Below, piece after piece: positions 35,555 to 46,564 of a stretch of DNA of 64,000 bases (within the stretch, counting starts at the first letter, position 1; every line of letters starts with the position of its first letter). A program made the position numbers and the translations under genes. The DNA is from an uncultured virus (IMG/VR IMGVR_UViG_3300009154_000046) (lineage: Duplodnaviria; Heunggongvirae; Uroviricota; Caudoviricetes): IMG/VR virus record IMGVR_UViG_3300009154_000046, positions 1 through 64,000 of that record. One strand, given 5' to 3'. The notes below the pieces were generated by a model, which was given only the letters and a program-made list of their open reading frames with translations, made no database searches and was not told the origin of the DNA.

Positions 35555-35640
35555 ATCCTTAAAAGGTAATGGAAGTTCCTCGACCTCTCCCTAAGTTCAG
35601 TATCTTTGTGCCCTGCCCTTTGTTTTATACCTCTTCGTTA

Positions 35641-35805
35641 TTATATTTCATCTACTTTAAGGTATCCCTTTGCTAGTGTTATAATACCGGTTATTATAAA
35701 TAGTACTCTAAGAAACGTTACTGGTTTATCCATAGCATGTATCACGGTAAATGAACCCAATGTTATTTGCAACATGCCCCATATAAATCTTAGTAGTAAT
35801 CTCAT
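35641..35805 (-). CDS. small two-TM protein (54 aa, not in ORF track)
   Basis: MRLLLRFIWG...KVDEI*, translated by hand. Confidence 0.5.
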   Translation of the reverse strand: MRLLLRFIWGMLQITLGSFTVIHAMDKPVTFLRVLFIITGIITLAKGYLKVDEI

Positions 35806-35843
35806 AATTTGTTGATTTCTTTATTATACCTTTGTTATTAGTT

Positions 35844-36023
35844 CTAATTATTATCTCCAAGAAATGCATGATGTATAGGAGTCCACAAACAATATACCCC
35901 AACACCTTCCAAAAAGGTTAAATGTGGTAATATATTAGAAAATAACGTTGTCAAATATGATATTAGTAATCCAATTATGCAACTTACTATTGTTATATTA
36001 AGTATTAACTTAAATTTTTTCAT
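35844..36023 (-). CDS. small membrane protein (59 aa, not in ORF track)
   Basis: MKKFKLILNITIV..., directly after the promoter at 36047-36078. Confidence 0.55.
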   Translation of the reverse strand: MKKFKLILNITIVSCIIGLLISYLTTLFSNILPHLTFLEGVGVYCLWTPIHHAFLGDNN

Positions 36024-36046
36024 AACTATTTTGTTTTATTATATAT

Positions 36047-36078
36047 CAAATATACGAAAAGTTTTTGGATTTTCCAAA
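36047..36078 (-). promoter_or_regulatory. Bacteroidota-type promoter
   Basis: TTTG-N20-TATATTTG. Confidence 0.85.
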
Positions 36079-36079
36079 T

Positions 36080-36631
36080 TTATGGTAAAACCCCAAGCAT
36101 TCCTCTCCACTTAGCTCCTATTGAGATACAATTCCACATTTCGTTAGCATTTATTGTATCTAACGAATTACCAGTTCCACTACGCAGTGGTGCCCATCCA
36201 TTTTCATTATTTATACTAACAGGTTGCTCAGTAGTATTAACTATGATTATTGTTCCGCCATTATTAGTCTCTGGGTTTGGAAATGCAATTCGTCCATTTG
36301 GGTTTACTATCTCAAATATCCCGCTATATGGTATATCATAATATACAATATCGCTTAAATTTAGTGTTGTTGTATAGTATGGTACTATACTTCCCAATTC
36401 AACTTCTAAATGTTTATTTATTTTAACTTTTTGATTATTATCATCGACTGTTAGTTTAGTTCCGTTATAATTTTGATTGTAATCACCTATAATTGTCTGC
36501 TGGCTGGTGTATGAGCCAAGTACAATTGATATAGGATTACCTAAACCATCCGCAAATTCTGACCCACTAACTTGTACGAGTCTTCCGTATGTTTCATCTA
36601 TGTATGAGCCTGATAATGTTGGTATTGCCAT
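36080..36631 (-). CDS. hypothetical protein, possibly virion-associated
   Basis: LSGSYIDETYGRLVQ N-terminus, beta-rich. Confidence 0.6.
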   Translation of the reverse strand: MAIPTLSGSYIDETYGRLVQVSGSEFADGLGNPISIVLGSYTSQQTIIGDYNQNYNGTKLTVDDNNQKVKINKHLEVELGSIVPYYTTTLNLSDIVYYDIPYSGIFEIVNPNGRIAFPNPETNNGGTIIIVNTTEQPVSINNENGWAPLRSGTGNSLDTINANEMWNCISIGAKWRGMLGVLP

Positions 36632-36645
36632 AATTTAATCATAAC

Positions 36646-37209
36646 TTATTTTAATAATTGCTTAAGAACATTTGTCCTTTGTAAACCACTTTTATCACAA
36701 AATTCGTTAAAAACCCTTCTATTCCTTTCGCTTGACATAGCCATCTTTAAACTTTCTGCGCTTCCATTGTATAATGTGTTATCTTCAAGATAATTTTTTA
36801 TTTCACTTATTGAAGATTTTTTTTCTATCTTCTTTACGGGTTTTAATTGTTGTTTTGGAATATCCACAACTACTTCCACCATTGTTTTTTTAGTAGTTGA
36901 ATCGTTCTGTATTACTTCGACAGTCACACCTTTCGATTCTTCTAACTCATATGTACTTTCGTATGGTACAAATAGTGTATCATCTGCAATGACCTCTAAT
37001 CTAATCTTACCACTTTCCATTAAGTTACTAAAAGTTTTTAACTTTCCCAAATTTACTCTACAACGAGTTCCTTCTATATTCCCTTTAAATGAATATTCGC
37101 ATCCAGTTCCTTCTAAAAATAGTCTAACTTTTGCCGTTTTTTCACTAGCTCCAACGAGTTTAATCTCACATTGAAATTCGTTATTTTTATCCTTTAATAA
37201 TTTGTACAT
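36646..37209 (-). CDS. conserved phage hypothetical protein
   Basis: LEVIADDTLFVPY motif. Confidence 0.7.
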   Translation of the reverse strand: MYKLLKDKNNEFQCEIKLVGASEKTAKVRLFLEGTGCEYSFKGNIEGTRCRVNLGKLKTFSNLMESGKIRLEVIADDTLFVPYESTYELEESKGVTVEVIQNDSTTKKTMVEVVVDIPKQQLKPVKKIEKKSSISEIKNYLEDNTLYNGSAESLKMAMSSERNRRVFNEFCDKSGLQRTNVLKQLLK

Positions 37210-37579
37210 CGCTTAATATTATTTGTGTTTTTAATGATTCTTCTATTTTATTACGAATATCGGAAAGTAATTGAGTAGATATATCATCATTGACTTCCTT
37301 TTCAATCATACTCTTGTTATCTCCACAAATAAATATCAATTTTATTTTTCTTTTTACTTTTTTCTTCTCGTAGTCTTCAACAATACCACCACCACCATTA
37401 GATACTGGTTCTATTACAACATCAACAGTAAATACATTATTCCACAATACACTACCACCAATTGATACTGTTATACCATACTCGTCTAACAAATATTTCT
37501 TATATGCATCTCCTAACTTAAAATCACTCCAAAGATAGTGTGCAGTATTCCAATTTATTTTATGTATTGTTTTTGACAT
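37187..37579 (-). CDS. hypothetical protein
   Basis: coupled ORF. Confidence 0.65.
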   Translation of the reverse strand: MSKTIHKINWNTAHYLWSDFKLGDAYKKYLLDEYGITVSIGGSVLWNNVFTVDVVIEPVSNGGGGIVEDYEKKKVKRKIKLIFICGDNKSMIEKEVNDDISTQLLSDIRNKIEESLKTQIILSDVQIIKG

Positions 37580-38037
37580 AATTCATCTTTATCTATTATA
37601 AGTATACTATTGCCATTTGAGTCCAAAAATACTTCTTTAATAGGTAAAACCCTATGTATGTATTTTATTGCTATTTTATTCTTTCGCTCATCGTTTACAA
37701 ACATTCCATCATTTGCAGGCTTTCCACCAAACAATTTAATGTGTGGAACTTCGCCATTTACTTTTGGAACTAATTTATATAATGATGCCAAATAGCATTG
37801 AGAAAGTATATTATATAAAGTAAATGCATTCTTTATAGATACCTGCTCATACTGATATTCTTCTGTCTTATACAACAACTGAATTTCATATCCACCATTA
37901 GTTTCATCTACTCTATAATTAATTTCAGCATTATAGGTATAACCTGCTAATCCGAATCGGTATATATCACACCCAAAATATTTTTCACCATCATTAAAAA
38001 ATTCAAATATTAATTCAAATGGCTTATCATTTTCCAT
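37555..38037 (-). CDS. hypothetical protein
   Basis: ATG 38037 just after a promoter. Confidence 0.6.
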   Translation of the reverse strand: MENDKPFELIFEFFNDGEKYFGCDIYRFGLAGYTYNAEINYRVDETNGGYEIQLLYKTEEYQYEQVSIKNAFTLYNILSQCYLASLYKLVPKVNGEVPHIKLFGGKPANDGMFVNDERKNKIAIKYIHRVLPIKEVFLDSNGNSILIIDKDELCQKQYIK

Positions 38038-38041
38038 ATTA

Positions 38042-38073
38042 CGAATATACAAAAACTTTTTGAATATACCAAA
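38042..38073 (-). promoter_or_regulatory. Bacteroidota-type promoter
   Basis: TTTG-N20-TATATTCG. Confidence 0.7.
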
Positions 38074-38074
38074 T

Positions 38075-38102
38075 AAAAAAACCCAACCTTACGGGATTGG
38101 GC
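38075..38102 (-). terminator. intrinsic terminator after the endolysin gene
   Basis: CCCAATC-ccgtaa-GGTTGGG plus T7. Confidence 0.8.
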
Positions 38103-38139
38103 TATGGTCTATTGTCCTAAAGGTAGCACTTTAGTATTT

Positions 38140-38730
38140 TTATGCTAATAAAGCATGATATTCTTTGAAATGTTTTAATCTGTCTGGTAATCCGATTGTA
38201 CCACCATTTACACATTTAGTTACTGCTGTTACAGCCGCATCCGATGCATCGGTGCATTTAGGTAAACATCGTGTGAAAAACCAAGCTGCTGATGCTAATG
38301 GGTATTTAGTTGCTACTAAATCTGGATTAGCAATACAATCTTCTCCGATTGATTTTGAAAAAGCTTCGTAGTTTTGTTTGCCGGTTAATTGTATATATCC
38401 TCTACCATGAAACTTCCATCCATCACCCGTTGCTTCTACACCATTACCCATTCTACCACCATAAATTCTATTAGCGATTTTTTGTGGTTGTCTTTCATAT
38501 TGCTTGGCTAATGCTTCATTTGGAAAATACTTTTTAAATAATCCTAACAATCCCTTTGCACCATAGTTAAGATTTTCTTGTGTTAATTTAAAACCACCAC
38601 TTTCGTGTCCACATTGTGATAAGAAATGTGCTAATTTTAATGCAGTGTCAATTTTGAATTTGGTCATAACTTCAGGTATCTGAGCTATAACACTGTCAGG
38701 AATGTGTCCTTTGAGTTTTTGTAAGTCCAT
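38140..38730 (-). CDS. GH19 chitinase-like endolysin
   Basis: AHFLSQCGHESGGF, ENLNY, GRGYIQLTG, SAAWFF, VNGG motifs. Confidence 0.9.
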   Translation of the reverse strand: MDLQKLKGHIPDSVIAQIPEVMTKFKIDTALKLAHFLSQCGHESGGFKLTQENLNYGAKGLLGLFKKYFPNEALAKQYERQPQKIANRIYGGRMGNGVEATGDGWKFHGRGYIQLTGKQNYEAFSKSIGEDCIANPDLVATKYPLASAAWFFTRCLPKCTDASDAAVTAVTKCVNGGTIGLPDRLKHFKEYHALLA

Positions 38731-38751
38731 ATTTTATTGGTTTTGTATTTA

Positions 38752-39189
38752 TTAAAAGTCTTTATTAATTCCAAATGAAAAACTATTCGTTGTAAGTCCA
38801 AATGCACTTTGAGCTCCGTAAGTTATCACTATTGATTTATTCTTTGGTAATTTAATACTATAATTAAAATCATATTCCAATGTAATATCATTATAGTTGT
38901 AAAAATATCCGGCACACAATGTAATTGAAAAGTTTGAATTTGGTATTGGCAATCCAACTACAAAGTCCGTATATATATTATCTACATTTAAAGAATATAT
39001 TCCCGTTCTAAGTCCGATTGATACATCTTTATTCAAATACTTTCCAACTTCAACACATCCACCTATTAGGTTTTTAGTATCTGATAATTGCGTATCAAAT
39101 GCTATACTTGGTCCAATATAAGTATAATATTTTTGTGAGTAAGCTACTGAACTTATTAATAAAAATATTGCTAATATTAATTTTTTCAT
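38752..39189 (-). CDS. secreted beta-barrel outer-membrane-like protein
   Basis: signal peptide, alternating strands, C-terminal Phe. Confidence 0.55.
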   Translation of the reverse strand: MKKLILAIFLLISSVAYSQKYYTYIGPSIAFDTQLSDTKNLIGGCVEVGKYLNKDVSIGLRTGIYSLNVDNIYTDFVVGLPIPNSNFSITLCAGYFYNYNDITLEYDFNYSIKLPKNKSIVITYGAQSAFGLTTNSFSFGINKDF

Positions 39190-39195
39190 TTTTAA

Positions 39196-39594
39196 TTATT
39201 TTTTTTGATGTGATTCAAGAACACTTAAACGTGCTTTAATATCTGCCCTTTCTTGCATTGCATTGATTTGAACTGATGTAATCTTGTCAGAAATCTCCAT
39301 TTTCATGTCCGCCCTTGCTTGTGCCGCAGCTGCTCTAAGAGTTTCCAATTCAATAGTAGTTCCTTGAGGTGGAATTGCTTTATTCTCAGCATTAACAACG
39401 ATATTAACTTTATTTTGTAGTACTGTTACCTTATCACTTAATTCATTTACTTGAGTAAGTAGCCAACCTATTGCTGATACGCATACCGGAAATAAAATAA
39501 ATACTAATTTTTCTACTAATTCCGATTTACCTTTATCAATAGCGATTGTTTTTTCTAATTCTAATGTTTTTTCTTCGTGCTTTGTTGCTGACAT
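39196..39594 (-). CDS. single-TM coiled-coil protein
   Basis: TM helix followed by heptads; located in the lysis region. Confidence 0.6.
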   Translation of the reverse strand: MSATKHEEKTLELEKTIAIDKGKSELVEKLVFILFPVCVSAIGWLLTQVNELSDKVTVLQNKVNIVVNAENKAIPPQGTTIELETLRAAAAQARADMKMEISDKITSVQINAMQERADIKARLSVLESHQKK

Positions 39595-39595
39595 G

Positions 39596-40324
39596 TTACT
39601 TTTTATTTGTTGGTTTTTTAATAGGTTTTTTATTAGTAACTGGGTTTTTAGTTGCTGTTTTCTTTTTTGTAACCGTCTTTTTGGTTGCTTTCTTTACTGG
39701 TTGTTTTTCCCTCCTATCTCTAATAATTGAGTATATGATTGAACCGGCTAACATTACTGCTAATGCCAATGCTCCAACCATAAAATTATCAAATGTTGCT
39801 ATTAGTGATAACATTTTTACAGTCTCTTCTTGTCCAACTCTAGTTTGCAAATCAGTTAACCAGTTTACTTTATTTGTAATCGATGGTATTGATTCTTTAA
39901 TGTGACTTTCATCTAATAGTTTTTGTGCTGCGATTTTATCTGATACTGCTAAATCGAATAGTGCATCAATTTTCTTATCAAGTTCTTGCATTTCTTTATC
40001 GGCCAAATGCGCAACCGAATCTTCTTCCGGTACCAAATATGTAGCAAGATATGATTTCCAATCTTTTCCCGTACTTTCTCTTGCTTTTAGTATATCAGCT
40101 TTATGAGCAAGTAAAGTATCTATATTACTTATATTGGCTGAGAACGCATCATCAATATATGTGCCATAATAATCAAATCTATGCGATAGGAGTGGGCCGG
40201 GTTTTAATCGGTCTTCAAGTATTGTAGTTGCCGATGCGTGTATTTTACCATCAACATATTTACCAAAAGATGCTACAGCAACTATGATTGCCGTAAGAAT
40301 AATCATTATTGTAGAACTTTTCAT
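39596..40324 (-). CDS. two-TM protein with four-helix-bundle sensor-like periplasmic domain
   Basis: TM-(TTILEDRLKP...W..YL)-TM, then a Lys-rich tail. Confidence 0.5.
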   Translation of the reverse strand: MKSSTIMIILTAIIVAVASFGKYVDGKIHASATTILEDRLKPGPLLSHRFDYYGTYIDDAFSANISNIDTLLAHKADILKARESTGKDWKSYLATYLVPEEDSVAHLADKEMQELDKKIDALFDLAVSDKIAAQKLLDESHIKESIPSITNKVNWLTDLQTRVGQEETVKMLSLIATFDNFMVGALALAVMLAGSIIYSIIRDRREKQPVKKATKKTVTKKKTATKNPVTNKKPIKKPTNKK

Positions 40325-40325
40325 A

Positions 40326-40715
40326 TTAACCGTGTTTTGTTCTTGTTGTCTTTTTAGTTACTTTTTTAGTAGGAGGTGCACCACCTGTTTTTATATTTTT
40401 AAGAAACTCCGCTGGATTATTAGCAAAATTAGTTGATATTTTTATTATGCCTGTTAATATTTCGGGTGAGTTCAATCCCACCATACCATAAATAATAGCC
40501 TTATACATAGATGCTACTTCAAATTGCTCTAATATAAACCAAGCAATTAGTGAAGCAATCATTGCCGCAGCAATATTGCCAACAATATGTCCAGGGGTTT
40601 TATCCTCTGGGTTTTTACTTGTCGCAAGTCTAGCTATCATTCCGGCTGCTCCAATAAGTAATACAATCCATCCACCTCCAAAAAATAGAGGAATGAATTT
40701 ACTTAAATCATCCAT
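40326..40715 (-). CDS. holin-like membrane protein
   Basis: three hydrophobic helices, basic C-terminal tail, near endolysin. Confidence 0.5.
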   Translation of the reverse strand: MDDLSKFIPLFFGGGWIVLLIGAAGMIARLATSKNPEDKTPGHIVGNIAAAMIASLIAWFILEQFEVASMYKAIIYGMVGLNSPEILTGIIKISTNFANNPAEFLKNIKTGGAPPTKKVTKKTTRTKHG

Positions 40716-40758
40716 TTCAAGTCAATTTAAAAGTTATAGTAACCCTTATATTAACCTA

Positions 40759-41013
40759 TTATTCTTCCGTTTTTTCTTCTTTAACCTTTTTATGAGTAAA
40801 CTTGTCCAAGCTATCTGCTCCCATTCCGATTGCTGTGATAACCATAACTGCGTTTACTAAATTATCAGCTGGTTTAAAATGTTCTTCTGTAAAACTATTA
40901 GCCAACATTGTTCCACATAGAAATAATGCGCCAACAAATGCAACTACCGGTTTTATTGATGTTGAACCCCGTTCATCTTTGAAAAGGTCAATTATCCATT
41001 GTTTGAAATCCAT
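40759..41013 (-). CDS. small two-TM holin-like protein
   Basis: DERGSTSIKP, two TMs, charged tail. Confidence 0.5.
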   Translation of the reverse strand: MDFKQWIIDLFKDERGSTSIKPVVAFVGALFLCGTMLANSFTEEHFKPADNLVNAVMVITAIGMGADSLDKFTHKKVKEEKTEE

Positions 41014-41038
41014 AGGTTTATATTTATTTTATTATAAA

Positions 41039-41605
41039 TTATTTTTCAGATGGTCTAAAAAGTCCACATTTAATACATTCTTCATGCCCATCGTGGTCTT
41101 CATCGGCCCATTCGTGTTCACATTGTCTATGCGTATGATATTCAAATTCCAACTCTTCCATTTTTTGTTTGTGCTCTTGTTGGTCTTTTACTAATTCAAA
41201 CTCTTGTCTATTTTCTACTACTGCTAACTCCCTTGCTGCTTGAGCTCCTACTACAAATGCATCTGGCATAAGTGGGGCAAATGGTTTGTTAGTTTCCTTC
41301 ATATCGTTTGTATGAGATAATGATACACCATCTTCTTCATCCATTTTTTGTACTAACATTTTATCTTTATCAGTATCGCTAAACCAGTAATCTATAATTT
41401 TACCATAAGAACCAATAAATGCACCTAGCAATAACATTAACAACTCTTTCCAAGCTGCTGCCATTGGAGTTTGCGATGTGATTGCCGCAAATATGCCACC
41501 AATGATTAATATAAACCCACCCAAAACCATAGCGGTAATGTACCACCTACGTTTCATCATTGCGCTTAATAAATCTCTAAATCCAGTCGGTTTATTGTTT
41601 TCCAT
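41039..41605 (-). CDS. two-TM membrane protein
   Basis: two TMs, IIDYWFS, C-terminal CEH...CIKC. Confidence 0.65.
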   Translation of the reverse strand: MENNKPTGFRDLLSAMMKRRWYITAMVLGGFILIIGGIFAAITSQTPMAAAWKELLMLLLGAFIGSYGKIIDYWFSDTDKDKMLVQKMDEEDGVSLSHTNDMKETNKPFAPLMPDAFVVGAQAARELAVVENRQEFELVKDQQEHKQKMEELEFEYHTHRQCEHEWADEDHDGHEECIKCGLFRPSEK

Positions 41606-41626
41606 AATATTGCTATTAGTATAAAT

Positions 41627-41664
41627 AAAAAATGGTTATACCTGCTTTCGCAAATATAACCAAA
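41627..41664 (-). terminator. intrinsic terminator
   Basis: TGGTTATATTTGC-GAAA-GCAGGTATAACCA plus T6. Confidence 0.75.
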
Positions 41665-41691
41665 TTAAGTTGTTTAATATAAATATAAAAT

Positions 41692-42744
41692 CTATTTCAA
41701 AAAAGAAGATAATTTAAAATATCTTTTTTCCGCAATTGGAGCAGGTCCGCCTCCGGCTCCGGTATCAGCTGCTTTGGCCCGAATACCAATGTGCTCAGCG
41801 AAATCATTTGAAGTTTTTACAAGCGGTTTAATTGGTTGGTCAATAACCCTTACATTCATATCAATTTGCTTATCAGGGTTTGCTGCGTTATGCGCAACTA
41901 CTGCTGCCCAACGATGGTGCCCATCTAATACATACCCATCGTTACTTACATAGATAGGAGCTGTTATTTTCTTATATGCCGGATGGTCTGGGTTATCCAA
42001 TACCTTACTCATTCCGGCAACTTTAACTCCAACTAATTCAGATTGAGTTGCTTTTAAACGGTCGGCCGGTACTGCTGCTGGTTCTGATACTTTGATACCT
42101 TTATCGTTTAACATTTTTTTGAAAAACTCTTCTGTATCTGCTTCACCGTTTTCATCCTTTGGAAGTTTATCCGCTGGTGAGCCTGGTCGAGGTGTACCTT
42201 TGAATTGTGGCATATCCGCTCTATCAATACCTTTATTTCCCTCACAATAGAGGTTTGTTCCAGGTATAGTTACCTTACACAAATTATAATTGGGAGCCTT
42301 CTCACCCTTTGCTTTTGCTTCTGCACCCAATTTGGCCAATTCATCAATCTTTGCTGAAATCTTTTGACGTTCAATCGGTGAAATATCAGCCAATCCCTTT
42401 TTGGTTGTATCCATTCCAGGCATTAATGCTTTTAACTTTGAAGTTTCTGCATTACCACTTTTATCCGTTTCAGCAGATGTTTTAAAATCTGCAGCTCCAA
42501 TTTTAGTAGGTTCTGGTTTGTTACTTGGTTTAGCGTTTGGTGCCGGTTGCTTTGGTTTTGGCTTATCTCCTACTGGCAATTTACCACCATTTGCAGCTTT
42601 TGTTTTTTCTACTTCCGCTGGTGTTGGTTTATCGTGCTTTGAAGGGTCGAATTGTTTAACTTTATAGACATTACCTGTCTTTTTGTTTTTAACAACATCA
42701 TCTTCATTAATAAAGTTATATAATTTTCTTTCTATTGTATTCAT
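41692..42744 (-). CDS. protein with C-terminal ParB/Srx-like domain
   Basis: LKATQSE, PIYVSNDGYVLDGHHRWAA; Pro/Lys-rich N-terminus. Confidence 0.7.
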   Translation of the reverse strand: MNTIERKLYNFINEDDVVKNKKTGNVYKVKQFDPSKHDKPTPAEVEKTKAANGGKLPVGDKPKPKQPAPNAKPSNKPEPTKIGAADFKTSAETDKSGNAETSKLKALMPGMDTTKKGLADISPIERQKISAKIDELAKLGAEAKAKGEKAPNYNLCKVTIPGTNLYCEGNKGIDRADMPQFKGTPRPGSPADKLPKDENGEADTEEFFKKMLNDKGIKVSEPAAVPADRLKATQSELVGVKVAGMSKVLDNPDHPAYKKITAPIYVSNDGYVLDGHHRWAAVVAHNAANPDKQIDMNVRVIDQPIKPLVKTSNDFAEHIGIRAKAADTGAGGGPAPIAEKRYFKLSSFLK

Positions 42745-42746
42745 AA

Positions 42747-42878
42747 TTATCTACCTTGACCTCTATAGTCTTTTGGTTTTGATGTATGTTTGTTATAGCT
42801 TTTTTGTGCACTACCTGTTTTTCTTTTGCCAAAACTAACTTTATTAGATGATCCGTTAGAAACTTTTGCCTTTGCCAT
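42747..42878 (-). CDS. small basic protein (43 aa, not in ORF track)
   Basis: MAKAKVSNGSSNKVSFGKRKTGSAQKSYNKHTSKPKDYRGQGR*. Confidence 0.65.
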   Translation of the reverse strand: MAKAKVSNGSSNKVSFGKRKTGSAQKSYNKHTSKPKDYRGQGR

Positions 42879-42931
42879 TTTTAAGATGTTTTACTTTACA
42901 AATATTTTTATATAAATATAAAGTTTTATCT

Positions 42932-43180
42932 TTAATCCTCACCATATAGCGAAAATCTTTTTAAAGGCTTTTCAACTTCTTGCTCTGTAATAATTTCTAC
43001 AGTTCCACTACGTGCATCTATATAGAATCTAGTATCACCATTTGTTTGATACCAACCCTCCAAAGCATCAGTTAGGGATGGGAAAACTATCCCACCCCTC
43101 TCTGCTGCGAAGACCCATTTATCTCCTGGAGGAACTCGTTTAAGTACAATTTCTTTTTGCTCTTTGATTTCCGTTTCCAT
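42932..43180 (-). CDS. conserved phage hypothetical protein
   Basis: RVPPGDKW, SLTDALE. Confidence 0.7.
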   Translation of the reverse strand: METEIKEQKEIVLKRVPPGDKWVFAAERGGIVFPSLTDALEGWYQTNGDTRFYIDARSGTVEIITEQEVEKPLKRFSLYGED

Positions 43181-43181
43181 A

Positions 43182-43388
43182 TTAGATTATTTCTATGATT
43201 TTTGTTTCTGAAACTTTCTCAACTTGATACTCCAGCTGGACTGCCTCTTTTGTGAATTTTTTTACCAACTTTGCTTCAGCTTCGGTACAGGACATAGCAT
43301 CTACCAAATATTGTTCTTTTTGTTTTTTAATCTTACCTTTAGCATCTTCTATTTCTACTGCTACAGTAACTGCGTAATACTTTGCCAT
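43182..43388 (-). CDS. DUF4494-like protein
   Basis: KEQYLVDAMSCTEAEAK...ETKI motif. Confidence 0.7.
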   Translation of the reverse strand: MAKYYAVTVAVEIEDAKGKIKKQKEQYLVDAMSCTEAEAKLVKKFTKEAVQLEYQVEKVSETKIIEII

Positions 43389-43416
43389 ATTTTGTTGTTT
43401 TATTGTTTAAAATTTA

Positions 43417-45036
<1,620 letters not shown>

Positions 45037-45058
45037 TTATTTTATTTTGCTTTGTTTT

Positions 45059-45090
45059 TAAAAATAATGATAATTTTTGAATTTACCAAA
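45059..45090 (-). promoter_or_regulatory. promoter upstream of groEL
   Basis: TTTG-N20-TATTTTTA. Confidence 0.65.
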
Positions 45091-45092
45091 CA

Positions 45093-45120
45093 AAAATGGG
45101 AAAACTTACGTTCTCCCAAA
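45093..45120 (-). terminator. intrinsic terminator
   Basis: TGGGAGAAC-GTAA-GTTTTCCCA plus T5. Confidence 0.75.
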
Positions 45121-45141
45121 TTTTCTTAATATGTGTAATAA

Positions 45142-45675
45142 TTAAAACTTATAGATAACACCGAATTTTGCTGTTGCAAATGGGTTTGTTACTCCGGTAA
45201 ATCCAATAGTTGTTACTGAGCTACCTTCAGCGCTTTTATAACTGATTAAATCGGCTACATGCATTGTAAGTCCTAAATGTTTGGTAACTGAATAATTTGC
45301 TACCAATCCTAAATTAGCTGATGTTGATGTTGATTTAACACCTGCTACTTTTGATGAATTACTAGTCAAATCTACTTGCGAAAACACGTGACAGTGTTGT
45401 CCAATGTTTAAGAATACGCATCTTGCAAATACACCTACATTTGTAGTTGTTTCAGTTGCGGTTTCGCCAAAAGAACCCAATACACCTACTGAAACTTTAT
45501 CAGTTACAAAATATCCAACCAACGGGTTGATACTATAAGATGCTTTTACATCAGTTGCTTTTGAATACGATACCGTACCACTTACGATTTTTGAACCTTT
45601 CTGAGCGTTCACTCCGGTTATTACAGCCAATAACATTGTTATTGCTAAAATACCTACTTTAAATCCTCTTTTCAT
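45142..45675 (-). CDS. Bacteroidota-type outer-membrane beta-barrel protein
   Basis: signal peptide ending VNA-Q, PLVGYFVTDKVSVG, terminal GVIYKF. Confidence 0.75.
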   Translation of the reverse strand: MKRGFKVGILAITMLLAVITGVNAQKGSKIVSGTVSYSKATDVKASYSINPLVGYFVTDKVSVGVLGSFGETATETTTNVGVFARCVFLNIGQHCHVFSQVDLTSNSSKVAGVKSTSTSANLGLVANYSVTKHLGLTMHVADLISYKSAEGSSVTTIGFTGVTNPFATAKFGVIYKF

Positions 45676-45734
45676 TTTTGTTTTTGTTTTGTTAAAAAAT
45701 TGTTTGTTAAACTACTTTTATTTCGTTTACTATG

Positions 45735-45766
45735 TAAATATAATGATAATTTTTGAAGCTACCAAA
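45735..45766 (-). promoter_or_regulatory. Bacteroidota-type promoter
   Basis: TTTG-N20-TATATTTA; near-copy of the groEL promoter. Confidence 0.7.
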
Positions 45767-45798
45767 TTTATTTAGATTCTTCTTTTTTCTATATGTAG

Positions 45799-46002
45799 TT
45801 ATCTTCCACGCTTTCTATATAACTCCCATGCTTTATACATATGGGCTTTGTATGAGTATTCTACTGATATTGGTCCGTTTGGTTGCTTTGCAAGGTCATA
45901 TTTCCAAATCGACTTACAATCTTCATCTTCAAATATTCGTTCAAATTTTGTTGGCTTATCTATCGGAGAGTTCTTCTTCATCTGGTATTCCATTTTCTTC
46001 AT
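45799..46002 (-). CDS. hypothetical protein
   Basis: IWKYDL...NGPISVE; start uncertain. Confidence 0.6.
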   Translation of the reverse strand: MKKMEYQMKKNSPIDKPTKFERIFEDEDCKSIWKYDLAKQPNGPISVEYSYKAHMYKAWELYRKRGR

Positions 46003-46522
46003 ACCAATTTTTTACATTACGTTCTCCAACTAATAAGAAGAAGCAATTGTAACAGAGTGGTCTGATATTATCTAATTTTCTATTATTTAAGTTTCCATCC
46101 AAAAAGTCTATCAATAAAGGCATCTTGCCATCTGTGATTCTTTCTTCGCCAAATCCACAGCTTCCACATGCCTTTGGTATATATCCACTATCGAATAGTT
46201 TGTTTTTAAATTTATGCAAAGGATAACGTAAATGCTTACCATCAATTAAATCTTCAATATGATACTTATTATTTCTTATACCAACTTTTCTATCAATACC
46301 AATTCCGCGGGGGTTTTTTAAATCTTCAAATATCCCATAAAGTCTTGCATATTTCTTATAGGTATTGTATGATATACCCAATGTTCTTGCTGTCTCTAAT
46401 GCTGATCTTGATTTAGCTTGTGCTGCTTTTATTTGCTCTTGCAGAATTGGGCGAGCTCCCAATCCACGTTTTGTAATTCGATTTTCCAGGTTCGGAAAAA
46501 ATCCTTCACTTTGTTCTTCCAT
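45956..46522 (-). CDS. HTH plus degenerate HNH-fold Zn protein
   Basis: ARTLGISYNTYKKYA; CGSC...IDFLDGN..N...N...LCYNC. Confidence 0.6.
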   Translation of the reverse strand: MEEQSEGFFPNLENRITKRGLGARPILQEQIKAAQAKSRSALETARTLGISYNTYKKYARLYGIFEDLKNPRGIGIDRKVGIRNNKYHIEDLIDGKHLRYPLHKFKNKLFDSGYIPKACGSCGFGEERITDGKMPLLIDFLDGNLNNRKLDNIRPLCYNCFFLLVGERNVKNWYEENGIPDEEELSDR

Positions 46523-46564
46523 ACTAATAACTATTTATCTTGTTACTTATAAGTATATCAAATT

